Under the pieces are notes generated by a model. That model ran no database searches and was not told the origin of the DNA. It saw only the letters and a list, made by a program, of their open reading frames with translations. A program made the position numbers and the translations under genes. Below, piece by piece: positions 24,897 to 35,001 of a DNA stretch of 64,000 nt. Position 1 is the stretch's first letter; every line of letters starts with the position of its first letter. This DNA comes from Clostridia bacterium (lineage in GTDB: Bacteria > Bacillota > Clostridia > Oscillospirales > CAG-272), in assembly GCA_017456005.1 (NCBI GenBank), contig JAFTLJ010000065.1, forward strand, positions 3,962-67,961. Direction: 5' to 3'.

Positions 24897-25619
24897 TCAG
24901 TTCCCCTCCTGCGCGTAGAGCGAATCTACCTCTGTTTTCGTAAGGTGGCGCCATCTGCCGGGGCGAAGGTCGCCGAGCTTAACGCTGCCTATAGATATGC
25001 GGCGGAGCGTCATAATGCGCAGCTCCACCTGCTCGCACATTTTGCGTATCTGGCGGTTTCTGCCCTCGAAAAGCTCTATGGCGAGCACGGTGAAATCCTC
25101 TTTCATGGTAACCACAGTAACACCTGCCGGTTTCGTGGTATAGTCGTCTATTTTCATGGGGCGGGAAAGCGCCGAAAGCTTTTCGGGCTCTACCTTGCCG
25201 CGCACCTTAACGTGATAAATTTTCGGTTTATGATAGCGCGGATGCATGAGCCTGTTGGCGAGCTCGCCGTCGTTGGTGAAAAGCAAAAGTCCTTCGCTTT
25301 CCATATCGAGCCTGCCTATGGGGTAAACGCGCGTAGGCACGTCTGCCACAAGCTCTGCCACGCAGGGTCTGCCCTGCTCATCGCTCATAGTGGTAACGAA
25401 GCCTACCGGTTTATTGAGCATAATATAAACGTTCTTTTTGCGCACGCTGTTTATTCTCTTGCCGAGGTATTCCACAACGTCCGCTTCGTCATCTATCTTC
25501 TGCCCCAAAACAGCTGTAATACCGTTTACCTTTATTCTGCCCTTTTTTATTTCCTCCTCGGCGGCGCGGCGCGACATTACGCCTGCCTCCGAGATAAATT
25601 TTTGAAGTCTTTTCTCCAT
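24897..25619 (-). CDS. rluB: RluB/RsuA-family 23S/16S rRNA pseudouridine synthase
   Basis: S4 domain 'RLQKFISEAGVMSRRAAEEEIKKGRIKVNG', catalytic 'GRLDMESEGLLLFTNDGE'. Confidence 0.9.
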   Translation of the reverse strand: MEKRLQKFISEAGVMSRRAAEEEIKKGRIKVNGITAVLGQKIDDEADVVEYLGKRINSVRKKNVYIMLNKPVGFVTTMSDEQGRPCVAELVADVPTRVYPIGRLDMESEGLLLFTNDGELANRLMHPRYHKPKIYHVKVRGKVEPEKLSALSRPMKIDDYTTKPAGVTVVTMKEDFTVLAIELFEGRNRQIRKMCEQVELRIMTLRRISIGSVKLGDLRPGRWRHLTKTEVDSLYAQEGN

Positions 25620-25638
25620 AAAGTGTATCCTTAAAATA

Positions 25639-26733
25639 TTATTTTACGAAAAAGCTTTTTTTTGCCGCTTTTTTCGGCGTTTCCTCCGTAAGATAAAGCG
25701 GAAGCGAGCCTATTTCCCTGCCTCCTTCGAAAAAGCGCAGTTTTCCCACGGGCTTTTCGGGTTTCTGCCCCGCGTATATAAAACGCGGCAGCTCTGTTTT
25801 AACGCTTATTTCGCCGTGGTTTTTCGCAAGTGTTACGGTAAGCGCTTCTTTCGTTTCCGCCTTCACGCTTGAGCTCGTACCACCCACCACGGGCAAAGTA
25901 TAGCTGAACTCGCCCTCGCGCGCAAGGCTCACGCTTTCATAAAGCCCAAAGCCGTGCTCGAGCATGGCGCGGTGGTCCTGCCAATCGTTGCCGTCGTCAA
26001 GAGTAACGCAAATAAGCCGCACACCCTCGCGCTCTGCCGCAGAAACGAGCGTTCTGCCGCATTTTTTTGTAAACCCTGTTTTAACACCGATAATATCTTT
26101 GTTTTCGCGCAGCAAGCGGTTGTGGTTTACAAGCGCTCGCGCAGGCGAAAGCTCCGTTGGGGGAATTGTGTACTTCACGGTAGAAACTATGCGTGCAAAC
26201 GCCTCGTTTTCCAGCGCGTGCGCCGCTATTTTCGCAAGCTCGTATGCGGTGGTATAGTGCTTCTCGCCATCCAGCCCGTGTGGGTTTTCAAAGTGCGTGT
26301 CGCAAAGCCCAAGCTCTGCCGCTTTCGCGTTCATAAGCTCTGCAAAAGCATCTATACTTCCCGCTGTTATAATAGCAATAGCCGCCGCGGCATCGTTGGC
26401 GCTCTGCAGCATAACGGCATAGAGCAGGTTTTCGAGCGTTAGCTTTTCCCCTTCTTTAAGGTAGACAGAAGAACCTTCCACGCCCGCCGCCTCCCGGGGT
26501 ACCGTCACAACGGTGTCCAGCGGCAAGCGCTCTATCGCGCAAAGTGCGGTAACTATTTTTGTGGTGCTCGCCATACCGCGCCGCGTGTGCGCGTCTTTTT
26601 CATATATTATCTTGCCGCTTTCCGCCTCTATAAGCACGGCGCTTTGCGCGCTTACGGAAAGCGCATGCGCCCTCTGCCCATGCAGAGGAAAAAGCAAGCA
26701 GGCGCAGATGAGCGCCGAAATAAGCTTTTTCAT
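25639..26733 (-). CDS. D-alanyl-D-alanine carboxypeptidase (S11 PBP5 type)
   Basis: Signal peptide, SxxK 'ASTTK', SxN 'SAND', KTG 'VKTGFT'. Confidence 0.9.
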   Translation of the reverse strand: MKKLISALICACLLFPLHGQRAHALSVSAQSAVLIEAESGKIIYEKDAHTRRGMASTTKIVTALCAIERLPLDTVVTVPREAAGVEGSSVYLKEGEKLTLENLLYAVMLQSANDAAAAIAIITAGSIDAFAELMNAKAAELGLCDTHFENPHGLDGEKHYTTAYELAKIAAHALENEAFARIVSTVKYTIPPTELSPARALVNHNRLLRENKDIIGVKTGFTKKCGRTLVSAAEREGVRLICVTLDDGNDWQDHRAMLEHGFGLYESVSLAREGEFSYTLPVVGGTSSSVKAETKEALTVTLAKNHGEISVKTELPRFIYAGQKPEKPVGKLRFFEGGREIGSLPLYLTEETPKKAAKKSFFVK

Positions 26734-26811
26734 ATTTGTTTCTCCGAAATATAATTTTTATATATTATACTTCGGAGAAAAACGTGTTTTTATGCTGTTT
26801 TTGAGTAAGAA

Positions 26812-27360
26812 TTATTCGGCTGTTTTTGCAGTTTCAGACAAAATCTGGCCTAGAACTTCTTCTGCCTTTGCATCGGGATCTTCTGCGGCTTTTTCCTCTT
26901 TAGCTTCCTCTTTCTTTTCTTCAGCTGCAGGCTCTTTCTTGGAAGCAAGCGCGCCCTGGAGCTTGTCGAGAATAGAGGGGAGTTTTTCCATAATGCTTTC
27001 GATGGAAGAGCCGAGATCGTTTGTGGGGTTGTTGATGTTGATCATATCAACGTGGCCCTCTGCATCTACAACGAGGAAGCCGATAGGTGTTACGGAAACG
27101 CCCGTGCCGCCGCCACCGCCGAAATTGTTCTTATCGGGTGCGGAATCTTTGTTGGCATAATCGTTGCCGCCCGCCGCAAAGCCCATAGCTACCTTGGAGA
27201 TAGGAATGATCACGGTGCCTGCGTTTGTTTGGATAGGTGTGCCCGTAACGGTGTTAGCGTCCATAAATTCGCGTATACCGCCGAGAGATTCTTTAATGAG
27301 GTCTGTGATCTTGTTCTGCTTTTCGTTTTCCTGAATAGGAGTGTTATTCTTCTGTGCCAT
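26812..27360 (-). CDS. ytfJ: Sporulation protein YtfJ/GerW family
   Basis: 'GTVIIPISKVAMGFAAGG...FGGGGGTGVSVTPIGFLVV'. Confidence 0.85.
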   Translation of the reverse strand: MAQKNNTPIQENEKQNKITDLIKESLGGIREFMDANTVTGTPIQTNAGTVIIPISKVAMGFAAGGNDYANKDSAPDKNNFGGGGGTGVSVTPIGFLVVDAEGHVDMININNPTNDLGSSIESIMEKLPSILDKLQGALASKKEPAAEEKKEEAKEEKAAEDPDAKAEEVLGQILSETAKTAE

Positions 27361-28306
27361 TGTTTATTTCCCTTTCCGGCGTTTCCGCCACTAAAACTTC
27401 GTTTTTTGTTTCGTTTTCATTATTTTCTTCGGCATCCTGCGCCGGTTTGATTTCTTCGTTCTGTGCCTCGGCATTTTCGCCGCTTTCTGCAGCCTTTGCC
27501 GCCTTTTTAGCCTCTTTTTCGGCTTTTTTAGCCTCTTTAGCGGCTTCTTTTTCCGCTTTTTTTGCATCTTCTATGGCCTTTTTCTCGCGGTATTCCTTTA
27601 TATCGCGCTTATACTGCGATTTCTGCGAGAAAAACTTTTTGTTAAGCCCTATTTTCAGCCCGCGCAAAGCACCTGCCACAGCCGCGCCTATTATACCGAA
27701 GAGGTAGCGGAACACACCGCCTATGCTTATGGAAATATCTATTTCCGCATCGATCTTCATCTCTTCGGAAAGATAATCTATGTCTGCGCCCACGCGCGCG
27801 CCCTTTTCTATTTTGAAATCGAGCGCTTTTTCGAGTATTTTCATTATGGCGTCGCCATATCCGCAGATAACACCGTACATCATGGCAGTCTGCGCCGCAT
27901 CTGCCGAGGCAACCGTTATGTGGAAATTTTTAATTCTCACACGGAAGTATCGCCACAGCTTAAGGAACAGCGCACCAAGCACGTCACGCACCATAACGAG
28001 CATTTTGGGAATATCCACACCTATGTGGAGAAGCCCCGGTTTTTTCGGTTCTTTTTTATCTTTCTTTACCTTGGGCTTTTTGGTTTTTTTAGGTTTGGGC
28101 TTCTTTGGCTTTTTCTGTTTCTTCGGCAGGTCCAGCTCCTCGTCGGGTGGGTCAAATTTCTGGCTGGTGGACACACGCACTTTTATGAAAAATACCTTTA
28201 CGTATATATTCATATACTTATGCATCGAAATTATCACGTGAGGTCGTATACATCCGATAAGGTAGAAGCCGAGAAAGATACACGCTATAACTATAATCGC
28301 ACTCAT
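27344..28306 (-). CDS. DUF2953/YtfI-like sporulation membrane protein with Lys-rich low-complexity tracts
   Basis: 320 aa with an N-terminal TM span and 'KKQKKPKKPKPKKTKKPKVKKDKKEPKK'. Overlaps ytfJ and scpB. Confidence 0.65.
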   Translation of the reverse strand: MSAIIVIACIFLGFYLIGCIRPHVIISMHKYMNIYVKVFFIKVRVSTSQKFDPPDEELDLPKKQKKPKKPKPKKTKKPKVKKDKKEPKKPGLLHIGVDIPKMLVMVRDVLGALFLKLWRYFRVRIKNFHITVASADAAQTAMMYGVICGYGDAIMKILEKALDFKIEKGARVGADIDYLSEEMKIDAEIDISISIGGVFRYLFGIIGAAVAGALRGLKIGLNKKFFSQKSQYKRDIKEYREKKAIEDAKKAEKEAAKEAKKAEKEAKKAAKAAESGENAEAQNEEIKPAQDAEENNENETKNEVLVAETPEREINNGTEE

Positions 28307-28860
28307 AAGCTCTCGCCTTCGGAAAGCTCAAGCGGCGGCAGCTCCTCTATGCTCGAAAGTCCGAAGGAGCGCAGGAAGTTTGCCGTTGTGCCGTAAAGCC
28401 TCGGCTTTCCGGGCACGTCCAACCTTCCTTGGCATTCGATAAGTCCGCGTTCGAGCAAGCTGCTTACTGCATAGGCGCTGTCTGCGCCGCGCACCTGGTC
28501 CACGTACGTTTTCGTAACGGGCTGGTTATAAGCCACGATAGCGAGGGTTTCCAGGCTCGATTTTGAAAGGTTGCCGCCTTCTTTCACACCTAGAGCTGTG
28601 CGTATATACGGCGCAAACTCCTCTTTCGTGGTAAGCTGGCAGGCGTTGCCGAGTATGAGCAACTGTACACCGCGCGGAAAAGCGCTTTCATATTCCTTTG
28701 TGTATTCGCGTGCAAGCTCGCGCACGTCGTCTGCATCCATACCGAGTATTTCGGCAAGCTTTTTGAACGTGACAGCGTGGCCGCTGGCAAAAAGCACTGC
28801 TTCCAGCACTTTTTTAGCATCCTCGCGCGAAAGCTCCTTTGCTTCTGTTTCGTCAGGCAT
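28303..28860 (-). CDS. scpB: Segregation and condensation protein B
   Basis: 185 aa: 'LEAVLFASGHAVTFKKLAEIL...LETLAIVAYNQPVTKTYVDQVRG'. Confidence 0.9.
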   Translation of the reverse strand: MPDETEAKELSREDAKKVLEAVLFASGHAVTFKKLAEILGMDADDVRELAREYTKEYESAFPRGVQLLILGNACQLTTKEEFAPYIRTALGVKEGGNLSKSSLETLAIVAYNQPVTKTYVDQVRGADSAYAVSSLLERGLIECQGRLDVPGKPRLYGTTANFLRSFGLSSIEELPPLELSEGESL

Positions 28861-29626
28861 TTGTGTTCACCTCCTCTTCTGTGTGGTTATATCTTTTATG
28901 TTCTCTGTTAAGGAACAGCTTGATATTGTCTTCTCCGTCTATGGAAAACTCGCGCTCTATGGTGAGTCTTCCCGCCTTCAGAAGCTCTAGTATGGCATAA
29001 AACGTAGCCACAAGCTCTGAACGGCTGCGCACGTTCTCGAAAAATTCATCGAAGTATACCGCGCGCCTTTTAAGCATTTTTCTCATAACACCCAGCACTC
29101 TGCCGGGAATGGAAACGATTTTTTTCTTTATAAGCGGGTTTATAAGCTCTATGGGCGCGTTTTCCTCGCCTTTTTCCTTTTCCGCTATCTTAAAAAGCAA
29201 GCGGGAAAGAGCGTTTGTAAGCAGCTCCGCATCCAAATCGAGCTTTGCGTTTTTATCCGGCTTTATTTCGTCGGTATCTTTTTCAAAACGTCCGCCAAAC
29301 TCGCGCCCGCGCTCCAAAAGCCAGCCTGCCGCCTCTTTGGCGAGCTTGTATTCCATAAGCTTCCGCACGAGCTCTTCTCGCGGGTCCTCCTCTTGCTTTG
29401 GCAGGAGCATACGGCTTTTTATAAGCATAAGCTCTGCCGCCATGGTTATAAATTCGCCCGCTACGTCCATATCCATACGCTTCATTTCGTCTACGTAAGC
29501 CATATACTGCTCGAAAAGCACGGATATTTGTATATCGAAAATATTCATTTTGTTTTTGGCGATAAGCGCAAGCAAAAGCTCCAGCGGGCCTTCGTATGCG
29601 CCCGTTTTGAAAACGAGTTCTTCCAT
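28853..29626 (-). CDS. scpA: Segregation and condensation protein A
   Basis: 257 aa: 'FEGPLELLLALIAKNKMNIFDIQISVLFEQY'. Confidence 0.9.
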   Translation of the reverse strand: MEELVFKTGAYEGPLELLLALIAKNKMNIFDIQISVLFEQYMAYVDEMKRMDMDVAGEFITMAAELMLIKSRMLLPKQEEDPREELVRKLMEYKLAKEAAGWLLERGREFGGRFEKDTDEIKPDKNAKLDLDAELLTNALSRLLFKIAEKEKGEENAPIELINPLIKKKIVSIPGRVLGVMRKMLKRRAVYFDEFFENVRSRSELVATFYAILELLKAGRLTIEREFSIDGEDNIKLFLNREHKRYNHTEEEVNTNA

Positions 29627-29642
29627 TTAAAGCTCCGAATGT

Positions 29643-30308
29643 TTAATATCTGAAAATAGGGATAAGCTTCACAAGCCACGTTATGCCATTATATACAGCG
29701 TCTGTGAGGAAGGCAAGCGGGGCATCGAAAAAGTCGAATACGAAAAGCGCCAGCACCACTATCATTATTATCTGCTCGTATTTCATAATACCGAAGTAAT
29801 ATTTCGGCGGTAAAAACACGTAAAGTATGCGCGAACCGTCGAACGGCGGTATGGGCATAAGGTTGAATATGGCAAGGCTTATATTACACCACGCAAGCAG
29901 GTGGAAGAAAAGCCAAACAATATAGCCTGCATCGTATGCAGCCCCCGTAAGCTGCAATTTTAACGCAACAAGGTTTGTTATCTCGCTGCACAGCACGCCT
30001 ATAACGGCGAGCAAAAGGTTCGAAAGCGGGCCTGCCGCCGCTGTGAGCGCCATGCCTTTGCGTGGGTTTTTGTAGTAGCGCGCGTTAACTGGCACGGGCT
30101 TTGCCCAGCCCACACGGAAAAACAGCATGCATATAAAACCGATAAGGTCGAAGTGCTTTAGAGGGTTGAGCGTTATGCGCCCCAGGTTGCGCGCCGTGGG
30201 GTCGCCCATTTTGTATGAAACGTAGCCATGCGCGCTTTCGTGGACCGAAAGCGAAAGCATAACCACAGGTATCATCAGCAAAAGCTGAATTAAGTATTGT
30301 TTATCCAT
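29643..30308 (-). CDS. Site-2 protease family (M50) zinc metalloprotease
   Basis: Polytopic, HExxH 'VHESAHGY', 'NLMPIPPFDGSR'. Confidence 0.85.
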   Translation of the reverse strand: MDKQYLIQLLLMIPVVMLSLSVHESAHGYVSYKMGDPTARNLGRITLNPLKHFDLIGFICMLFFRVGWAKPVPVNARYYKNPRKGMALTAAAGPLSNLLLAVIGVLCSEITNLVALKLQLTGAAYDAGYIVWLFFHLLAWCNISLAIFNLMPIPPFDGSRILYVFLPPKYYFGIMKYEQIIMIVVLALFVFDFFDAPLAFLTDAVYNGITWLVKLIPIFRY

Positions 30309-30329
30309 TTTAATTTTCCATCTTTTAGT

Positions 30330-30932
30330 TTATTTCTCGGCAATCGAGGAAATGAGAGCCGTGAGCTCTGCCTTTCCCTCGCCCGTGAGCGATGAAAATG
30401 GTATAATGTCTATTTTTTGTGCGGCTTCGGGCGGGTTGAGCAGCGGATCCTCGGCGAGGAAAGCAAGGCTCGCCGCCTTATCCGTTTTATTGAGCTTATC
30501 GCACTTTGTAGCCGCTATAATATACGGTATGCCCGAACGGTTCATGAAATCGAACATCATTCGGTCGTCTGCCGTAGCGCCCGCCTTAAGGTCCACAAGC
30601 TGGACTATAAGCGTGGGCGTGCTTTTTTTCAGGTAAGTATCCGTAAGCCCCGAAAACTTCTTCTGCTCCTCGGCGTTTCTTTTGGCGTAGCCATAGCCGG
30701 GAAGGTCCACCAGATACATTTTCCTGTCTATTTTGAAAAAGTTTATCGTTATCGTCTTGCCCGGCGCAGAGCTTACTCTGGCGAAGTTCTTTCTGCCAAG
30801 CACGGTATTTATAAGCGAGCTTTTGCCCACATTGGAGCGCCCCGAAAGCGCCACCTGCGGCAAGCCGTCGCCGGGGAACTGCTTGGGTAGCCCTGCTGTC
30901 ATGGCAAGAACGGTATTTTGTACATTAAGCAT
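30330..30932 (-). CDS. engB: Ribosome biogenesis GTPase YsxC/EngB
   Basis: 'GRSNVGKSSLIN', 'DLPGYGYA', 'TKCDKL'. Confidence 0.9.
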   Translation of the reverse strand: MLNVQNTVLAMTAGLPKQFPGDGLPQVALSGRSNVGKSSLINTVLGRKNFARVSSAPGKTITINFFKIDRKMYLVDLPGYGYAKRNAEEQKKFSGLTDTYLKKSTPTLIVQLVDLKAGATADDRMMFDFMNRSGIPYIIAATKCDKLNKTDKAASLAFLAEDPLLNPPEAAQKIDIIPFSSLTGEGKAELTALISSIAEK

Positions 30933-30944
30933 AGCTGTTTTCCT

Positions 30945-33299
30945 TTACATTTTTTCAAAAGGATCGCGGGAAAGGGCTACCTTAAGCGCTTCGCCCACGT
31001 TTGTAACGGGGATTATCTGCACGTTTTCTTTAACCTCGTCCGCTATCTCTTCCAAATCGGATTCGTTTTCTTTCGGTATAAGTATAGTCTTTATACCGGC
31101 AAGGTACGCCGCCATGGTCTTTTCGCGCAAACCGCCTATTGCTGTAACTCTGCCGTGAAGAGTTATTTCGCCCGTCATGGAAACATCGCGGCGGCAGGGT
31201 ATGCCCGTAAGCTCGCTCACAAGCGAGGTGGTTATAGCAGTACCTGCAGAGGGGCCGTCCTTCGGCACAGCGCCCTCGGGCACGTGAATGTGGATATCTT
31301 TAGTTTTGTAGAAATCGGGGGCAATACCGAGTTCGCCGGAATGTGCGCGAATATAGCTTATAGCTGCCTTTGCGCTTTCCTTCATAACGTCGCCGAGCGA
31401 GCCCGTGAGCTCTATTTTTCCCGTGCCCTCCATGGCAACGGACTCTATGCGAAGGAGCGAACCGCCCACTTCCGTCCATGCCATGCCCTGCGAGGTGCCA
31501 ACTTCATCAAGCTCGTAAACCTTTTCGGGCACGATTTTGGAAACGCCAAGAAAATCTACAAGCTTTTCCTTTGTAACTTTCACGCTCTTTTCGCCGTCGA
31601 AGGAGATAAGCTTCGCGGCCTTGCGGCAGCATTTTGCAATAAGGCGTTCCAGGTTGCGCACGCCGCTTTCGCGCGTGTATGTATCTATAATGCCGAGTAT
31701 CGCTTCATCGTCTATTGTAAACATTCTGCCCTTCAAGCCGTGGCGTTTTTTCTGCTTGGGCACGAGGTGGTTTTTAGCAATAGAGAATTTTTCGCTTCTG
31801 GTGTACGTTTTAAGCTCTATTATCTCCATACGGTCGATAAGGGGGCGCGAAACCGTTTCCAGGCTGTTTGCCGTGGCAACGAACATACACTGCGAAAGGT
31901 CTACGGGCAGCTCTACGAAATGGTCGCGGAAAGCCACGTTCTGCTCGCCGTCCAGCACTTCGAGCATAGCGCTCGCAGGGTCGCCGCGCATATCGCTCGC
32001 CATTTTGTCGATTTCATCGAGCAAAATAAGAGGGTTGCGGGAATCTGCCTGTATGAGTGCCTGCACTATTCTGCCGGGCATAGAGCCGACATAAGTCTTT
32101 CTATGGCCGCGAATATCAGCCTCGTCCTTTACACCACCCAGCGAAACACGCACAAATTTTCTCTTTGTAGCGCGCGCTATGGAGGAAGCGATGGATGTTT
32201 TACCCGTTCCGGGAGGGCCCACAAGGCAAATTATCTGGTTTTTAAGCTCGGGGTTAAGCTTGAGCGCGGACATATACTCCACAATACGCTCTTTAACCTT
32301 TTCGAGCCCGTCGTGGTCCTCGTCCAGAATTTTCTGAACCGCCGCCACGTCCGTGCGCTCCTTCGTGGTCTTGCTCCACGGAATTTCGAGGCAAGTTTCT
32401 ATATAATTGCGTATGACCACGTTATCGGCAGAGCCTACGGGCGTACGCTGAAGCTTTTTAACCTCTTTTATAAGCTTTTCGGAAACCTCCTTCGGGAAGT
32501 TCCCCTTTTCTATTTTCTGTTTATATTCCACAACGTCGTCGTCGAGGTCTGCATCCTCGCCGAGCTCGCTCTGAATAACCTTGAGCTGTTCGCGCAGGTA
32601 GTAGTCGCGCTGGTTCCTGTCCATACTTTCGCGCACTTCTTCCTGAATTTTCGCTTCAGCCATCAAAATTTCCTTTTCGTGCTCCAATATCACCAGAAGC
32701 TTTTGCGCACGCATAAGCGGCTCGAATTCTTCCAGCAAATACTGCTTGTCGGTTATATCCGCCACCACATTGTCCGCCACAAAATCCGCGAGCAAGCCGG
32801 GGTTGTTCACCGTGTTCACGATAAACCAAAGGTCCTTTGAAAATTTGGGCATAAGCTTCATAAAATCGCCCACGAGCCTGCGTATATCGCGCACGAGCGC
32901 TTCTCCGCGAGCATCGCCGTACCCCTCTACCTCCACCGTCTTTTCTATAACGGAAGCTGTAAGGTATTTTTCATTTTCGGAATCGATATGCTCCACATAA
33001 GCGCGAGCAAGCGGCTCTACCACAATGTGTAGGTTTGTGCCTTGCGTTTTAACAAGCTGTGCTATTTTTACTATCGTGCCCACCGTGTAAACGTCTTCCT
33101 GCGCAGGTGTTTGTACGGTTGCGTCTTTCTGGCAAACGACGAAAAGCAGGTTGTCGCCGTGCATAGCCGCTTCGCAGGCTCTTTTAGATGCGGCGCGTGC
33201 CACATTAAGGTTTACCGCTGTGCCCGGGAAAACCACCATCTGCCTTGTGGCAATGCAGGGGAGCACGAGTTTTCTTATTTTTTCTGTTGTTTCTGCCAT
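30945..33299 (-). CDS. lon: ATP-dependent Lon protease
   Basis: 784 aa, Walker A 'GPPGTGKTS', protease 'PKDGPSAG'. Confidence 0.95.
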   Translation of the reverse strand: MAETTEKIRKLVLPCIATRQMVVFPGTAVNLNVARAASKRACEAAMHGDNLLFVVCQKDATVQTPAQEDVYTVGTIVKIAQLVKTQGTNLHIVVEPLARAYVEHIDSENEKYLTASVIEKTVEVEGYGDARGEALVRDIRRLVGDFMKLMPKFSKDLWFIVNTVNNPGLLADFVADNVVADITDKQYLLEEFEPLMRAQKLLVILEHEKEILMAEAKIQEEVRESMDRNQRDYYLREQLKVIQSELGEDADLDDDVVEYKQKIEKGNFPKEVSEKLIKEVKKLQRTPVGSADNVVIRNYIETCLEIPWSKTTKERTDVAAVQKILDEDHDGLEKVKERIVEYMSALKLNPELKNQIICLVGPPGTGKTSIASSIARATKRKFVRVSLGGVKDEADIRGHRKTYVGSMPGRIVQALIQADSRNPLILLDEIDKMASDMRGDPASAMLEVLDGEQNVAFRDHFVELPVDLSQCMFVATANSLETVSRPLIDRMEIIELKTYTRSEKFSIAKNHLVPKQKKRHGLKGRMFTIDDEAILGIIDTYTRESGVRNLERLIAKCCRKAAKLISFDGEKSVKVTKEKLVDFLGVSKIVPEKVYELDEVGTSQGMAWTEVGGSLLRIESVAMEGTGKIELTGSLGDVMKESAKAAISYIRAHSGELGIAPDFYKTKDIHIHVPEGAVPKDGPSAGTAITTSLVSELTGIPCRRDVSMTGEITLHGRVTAIGGLREKTMAAYLAGIKTILIPKENESDLEEIADEVKENVQIIPVTNVGEALKVALSRDPFEKM

Positions 33300-33471
33300 T
33301 TGGGTAATTGCCTTTCTATAACTGTAAATGCCTTTTTCGGCACATCGAAATTTCTAAATATTATATTTTTGCTTTATGGTACAAAAATTCAATATAAGTA
33401 TACCACAATAAAATAAATATTTCCATACTTTTGTTATAAAATTCATAATATATTTTCATTTTTCACACATA

Positions 33472-33509
33472 AAAGAAAAGAGGCAGAGAGAAACCTCTGC
33501 CTTTTTTTC
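33472..33509 (-). terminator. Rho-independent terminator
   Basis: AGGCAGAG-AGAAAC-CTCTGCCT flanked by A and T runs. Confidence 0.75.
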
Positions 33510-33514
33510 ATATA

Positions 33515-34306
33515 TTATTTCTTTCTTCTGTTTTTTATAAAGCACGGCAGATACGGTACAGCGTGTATGATGATATAAAGCGCATATACTATAATAACAC
33601 AAACCGCCGTAGGTAAAGCCGCGCCTATGGGCGCGAAAAAGAAGGAGTTCAAGCGGAAAAACATATAATCCGAGCCGATTCTAGAAAAGTTTACCGCATT
33701 CGCAACAAGCGAAACGCAAAGCGCGGGCACGGCAGGCAAAAGCAGATCCACCCATTTTTCCGCTTTTGCATATGAATGATAGCCCGAAACTATCATCGCC
33801 AAAGCGCAGAAAAGCATCGTTCCGTGGTAGAAAAACGTATGGAAGCCCGCAAACGATATACAGGAATAGTTCTGCAAAATATTGGCGGGGTAAACAAAGT
33901 TTATAGAAGCCCCCAAAAGACCGAGCGTGCAAACATAACCGCAAGCGGCGTAGCGCACCTTGCCTCTTCCCCATATTGCAAACGGCATAGCATACATAAA
34001 AATGCTGCACGGGTAAAGCGGCAGCACACCGCCCCATTCAAGCTGAACCGTTTTGCCCGTATATGTTTCCCAAAGTATTTTTACAACCTCGAGAACCACG
34101 GCACATCCCCACAGCACAGCAAACACCGTACGCATAGTTTTTTCGCTCTTTTTTGCCACAAACACAGCAAAAAAGATCACTGCCGCCAAGCACACCGTCG
34201 CAAATACGAGGTGCAGGGGCGTGAAAAGCGTGCCGGGTATCTTATCTGCCGATGGCAGAAAATCTTTATGTGTAAAAAAGTTTTTTAAAAGCTCCGAAAA
34301 AGTCAT
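33515..34306 (-). CDS. YwaF/TIGR02206-like integral membrane protein
   Basis: 263 aa, polytopic. The family call is by resemblance only. Confidence 0.6.
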   Translation of the reverse strand: MTFSELLKNFFTHKDFLPSADKIPGTLFTPLHLVFATVCLAAVIFFAVFVAKKSEKTMRTVFAVLWGCAVVLEVVKILWETYTGKTVQLEWGGVLPLYPCSIFMYAMPFAIWGRGKVRYAACGYVCTLGLLGASINFVYPANILQNYSCISFAGFHTFFYHGTMLFCALAMIVSGYHSYAKAEKWVDLLLPAVPALCVSLVANAVNFSRIGSDYMFFRLNSFFFAPIGAALPTAVCVIIVYALYIIIHAVPYLPCFIKNRRKK

Positions 34307-34503
34307 AATTTACCGCCTTAAAAGTTTTATATAAACAGTATATCTTTGCTTTCGGCACAAATCAATATTTATATATAAAACTTAAGAATAACTTAAGAAT
34401 TAAAAAAGTTGCCTTCGGCAACTATAAAATGCCCGAAGATCGAGCATTTTTACATAAAGAAAACTTTTTTGAACAAGAATTTGCGCACGATTTCCTATGT
34501 TAT

Positions 34504-34569
34504 AAAAAAGAGCGTTACAAACGCTCTTTTGGAATTTTTGGGAACAAAAATCGTTTAAAAACGATTTTT
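34504..34569. terminator. Two tandem bidirectional terminator-like hairpins
   Basis: GAGCGT-TACAA-ACGCTC (34510-34526) with A/T tails. AAAAATCGT-TTAAAA-ACGATTTTT (34546-34569). Confidence 0.6.
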
Positions 34570-34599
34570 GAAATAATTATATTCGCGCTTTTCTTTGTT

Positions 34600-34949
34600 T
34601 GAAAGAAAAGGCGCGGCAAAAGAAGCAAAAAAACTTGCAGTTTTATCGCTTTGTTTGCGCAAGCAGGTAACACGGCGATGCGACTGCCGTCACGAATTTC
34701 CGCTCTGTTCCATCGCAAAAATTGTGCCGAACCCCGTCGCAAGGTCACGGTGTACAGATTCGCTATGGTTTTTAAACGCGCTAAGGCGCGCATCAGCTTT
34801 GTTTTTTTGCTTGGAAACCAACCGCGTGGTTCCACGCAATTTTCCGCAGGAAAATCGAGCGTGGGAAGCGGTTCTCTCCACAGTTTTTTTGTAAACTTCA
34901 GCGATAAAACTGCAAGTTTTTTGCTTCTTTTTGTAACTTTTTCTTTCAA
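34600..34949. repeat. 350-bp element bounded by ~50-bp imperfect inverted repeats (MITE-like or a large structured RNA)
   Basis: IR-L 34617-34650 CAAAAGAAGCAAAAAAACTTGCAGTTTTATCGCT. IR-R 34900-34933 is its reverse complement apart from two A-run length shifts. Outer arms TGAAAGAAAAG (34600-34610) / CTTTTTCTTTCA (34938-34949). The core has at least 5 local hairpins. All ORFs across it translate to junk. Confidence 0.7.
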
Positions 34950-35001
34950 AAAGAAAAAGTTCGTATAATCGTTTGGAAAGCCGCAGGCTTTCCTTCCATA
35001 A

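Noticed and set aside
30918-32840. 640-aa ORF on the + strand
   Set aside because: It is entirely antisense to the unambiguous lon gene. The translation is low-complexity (F/R/H/L-rich) and matches no recognisable family. Long antisense ORFs of this kind are a common artefact opposite strongly codon-biased genes.
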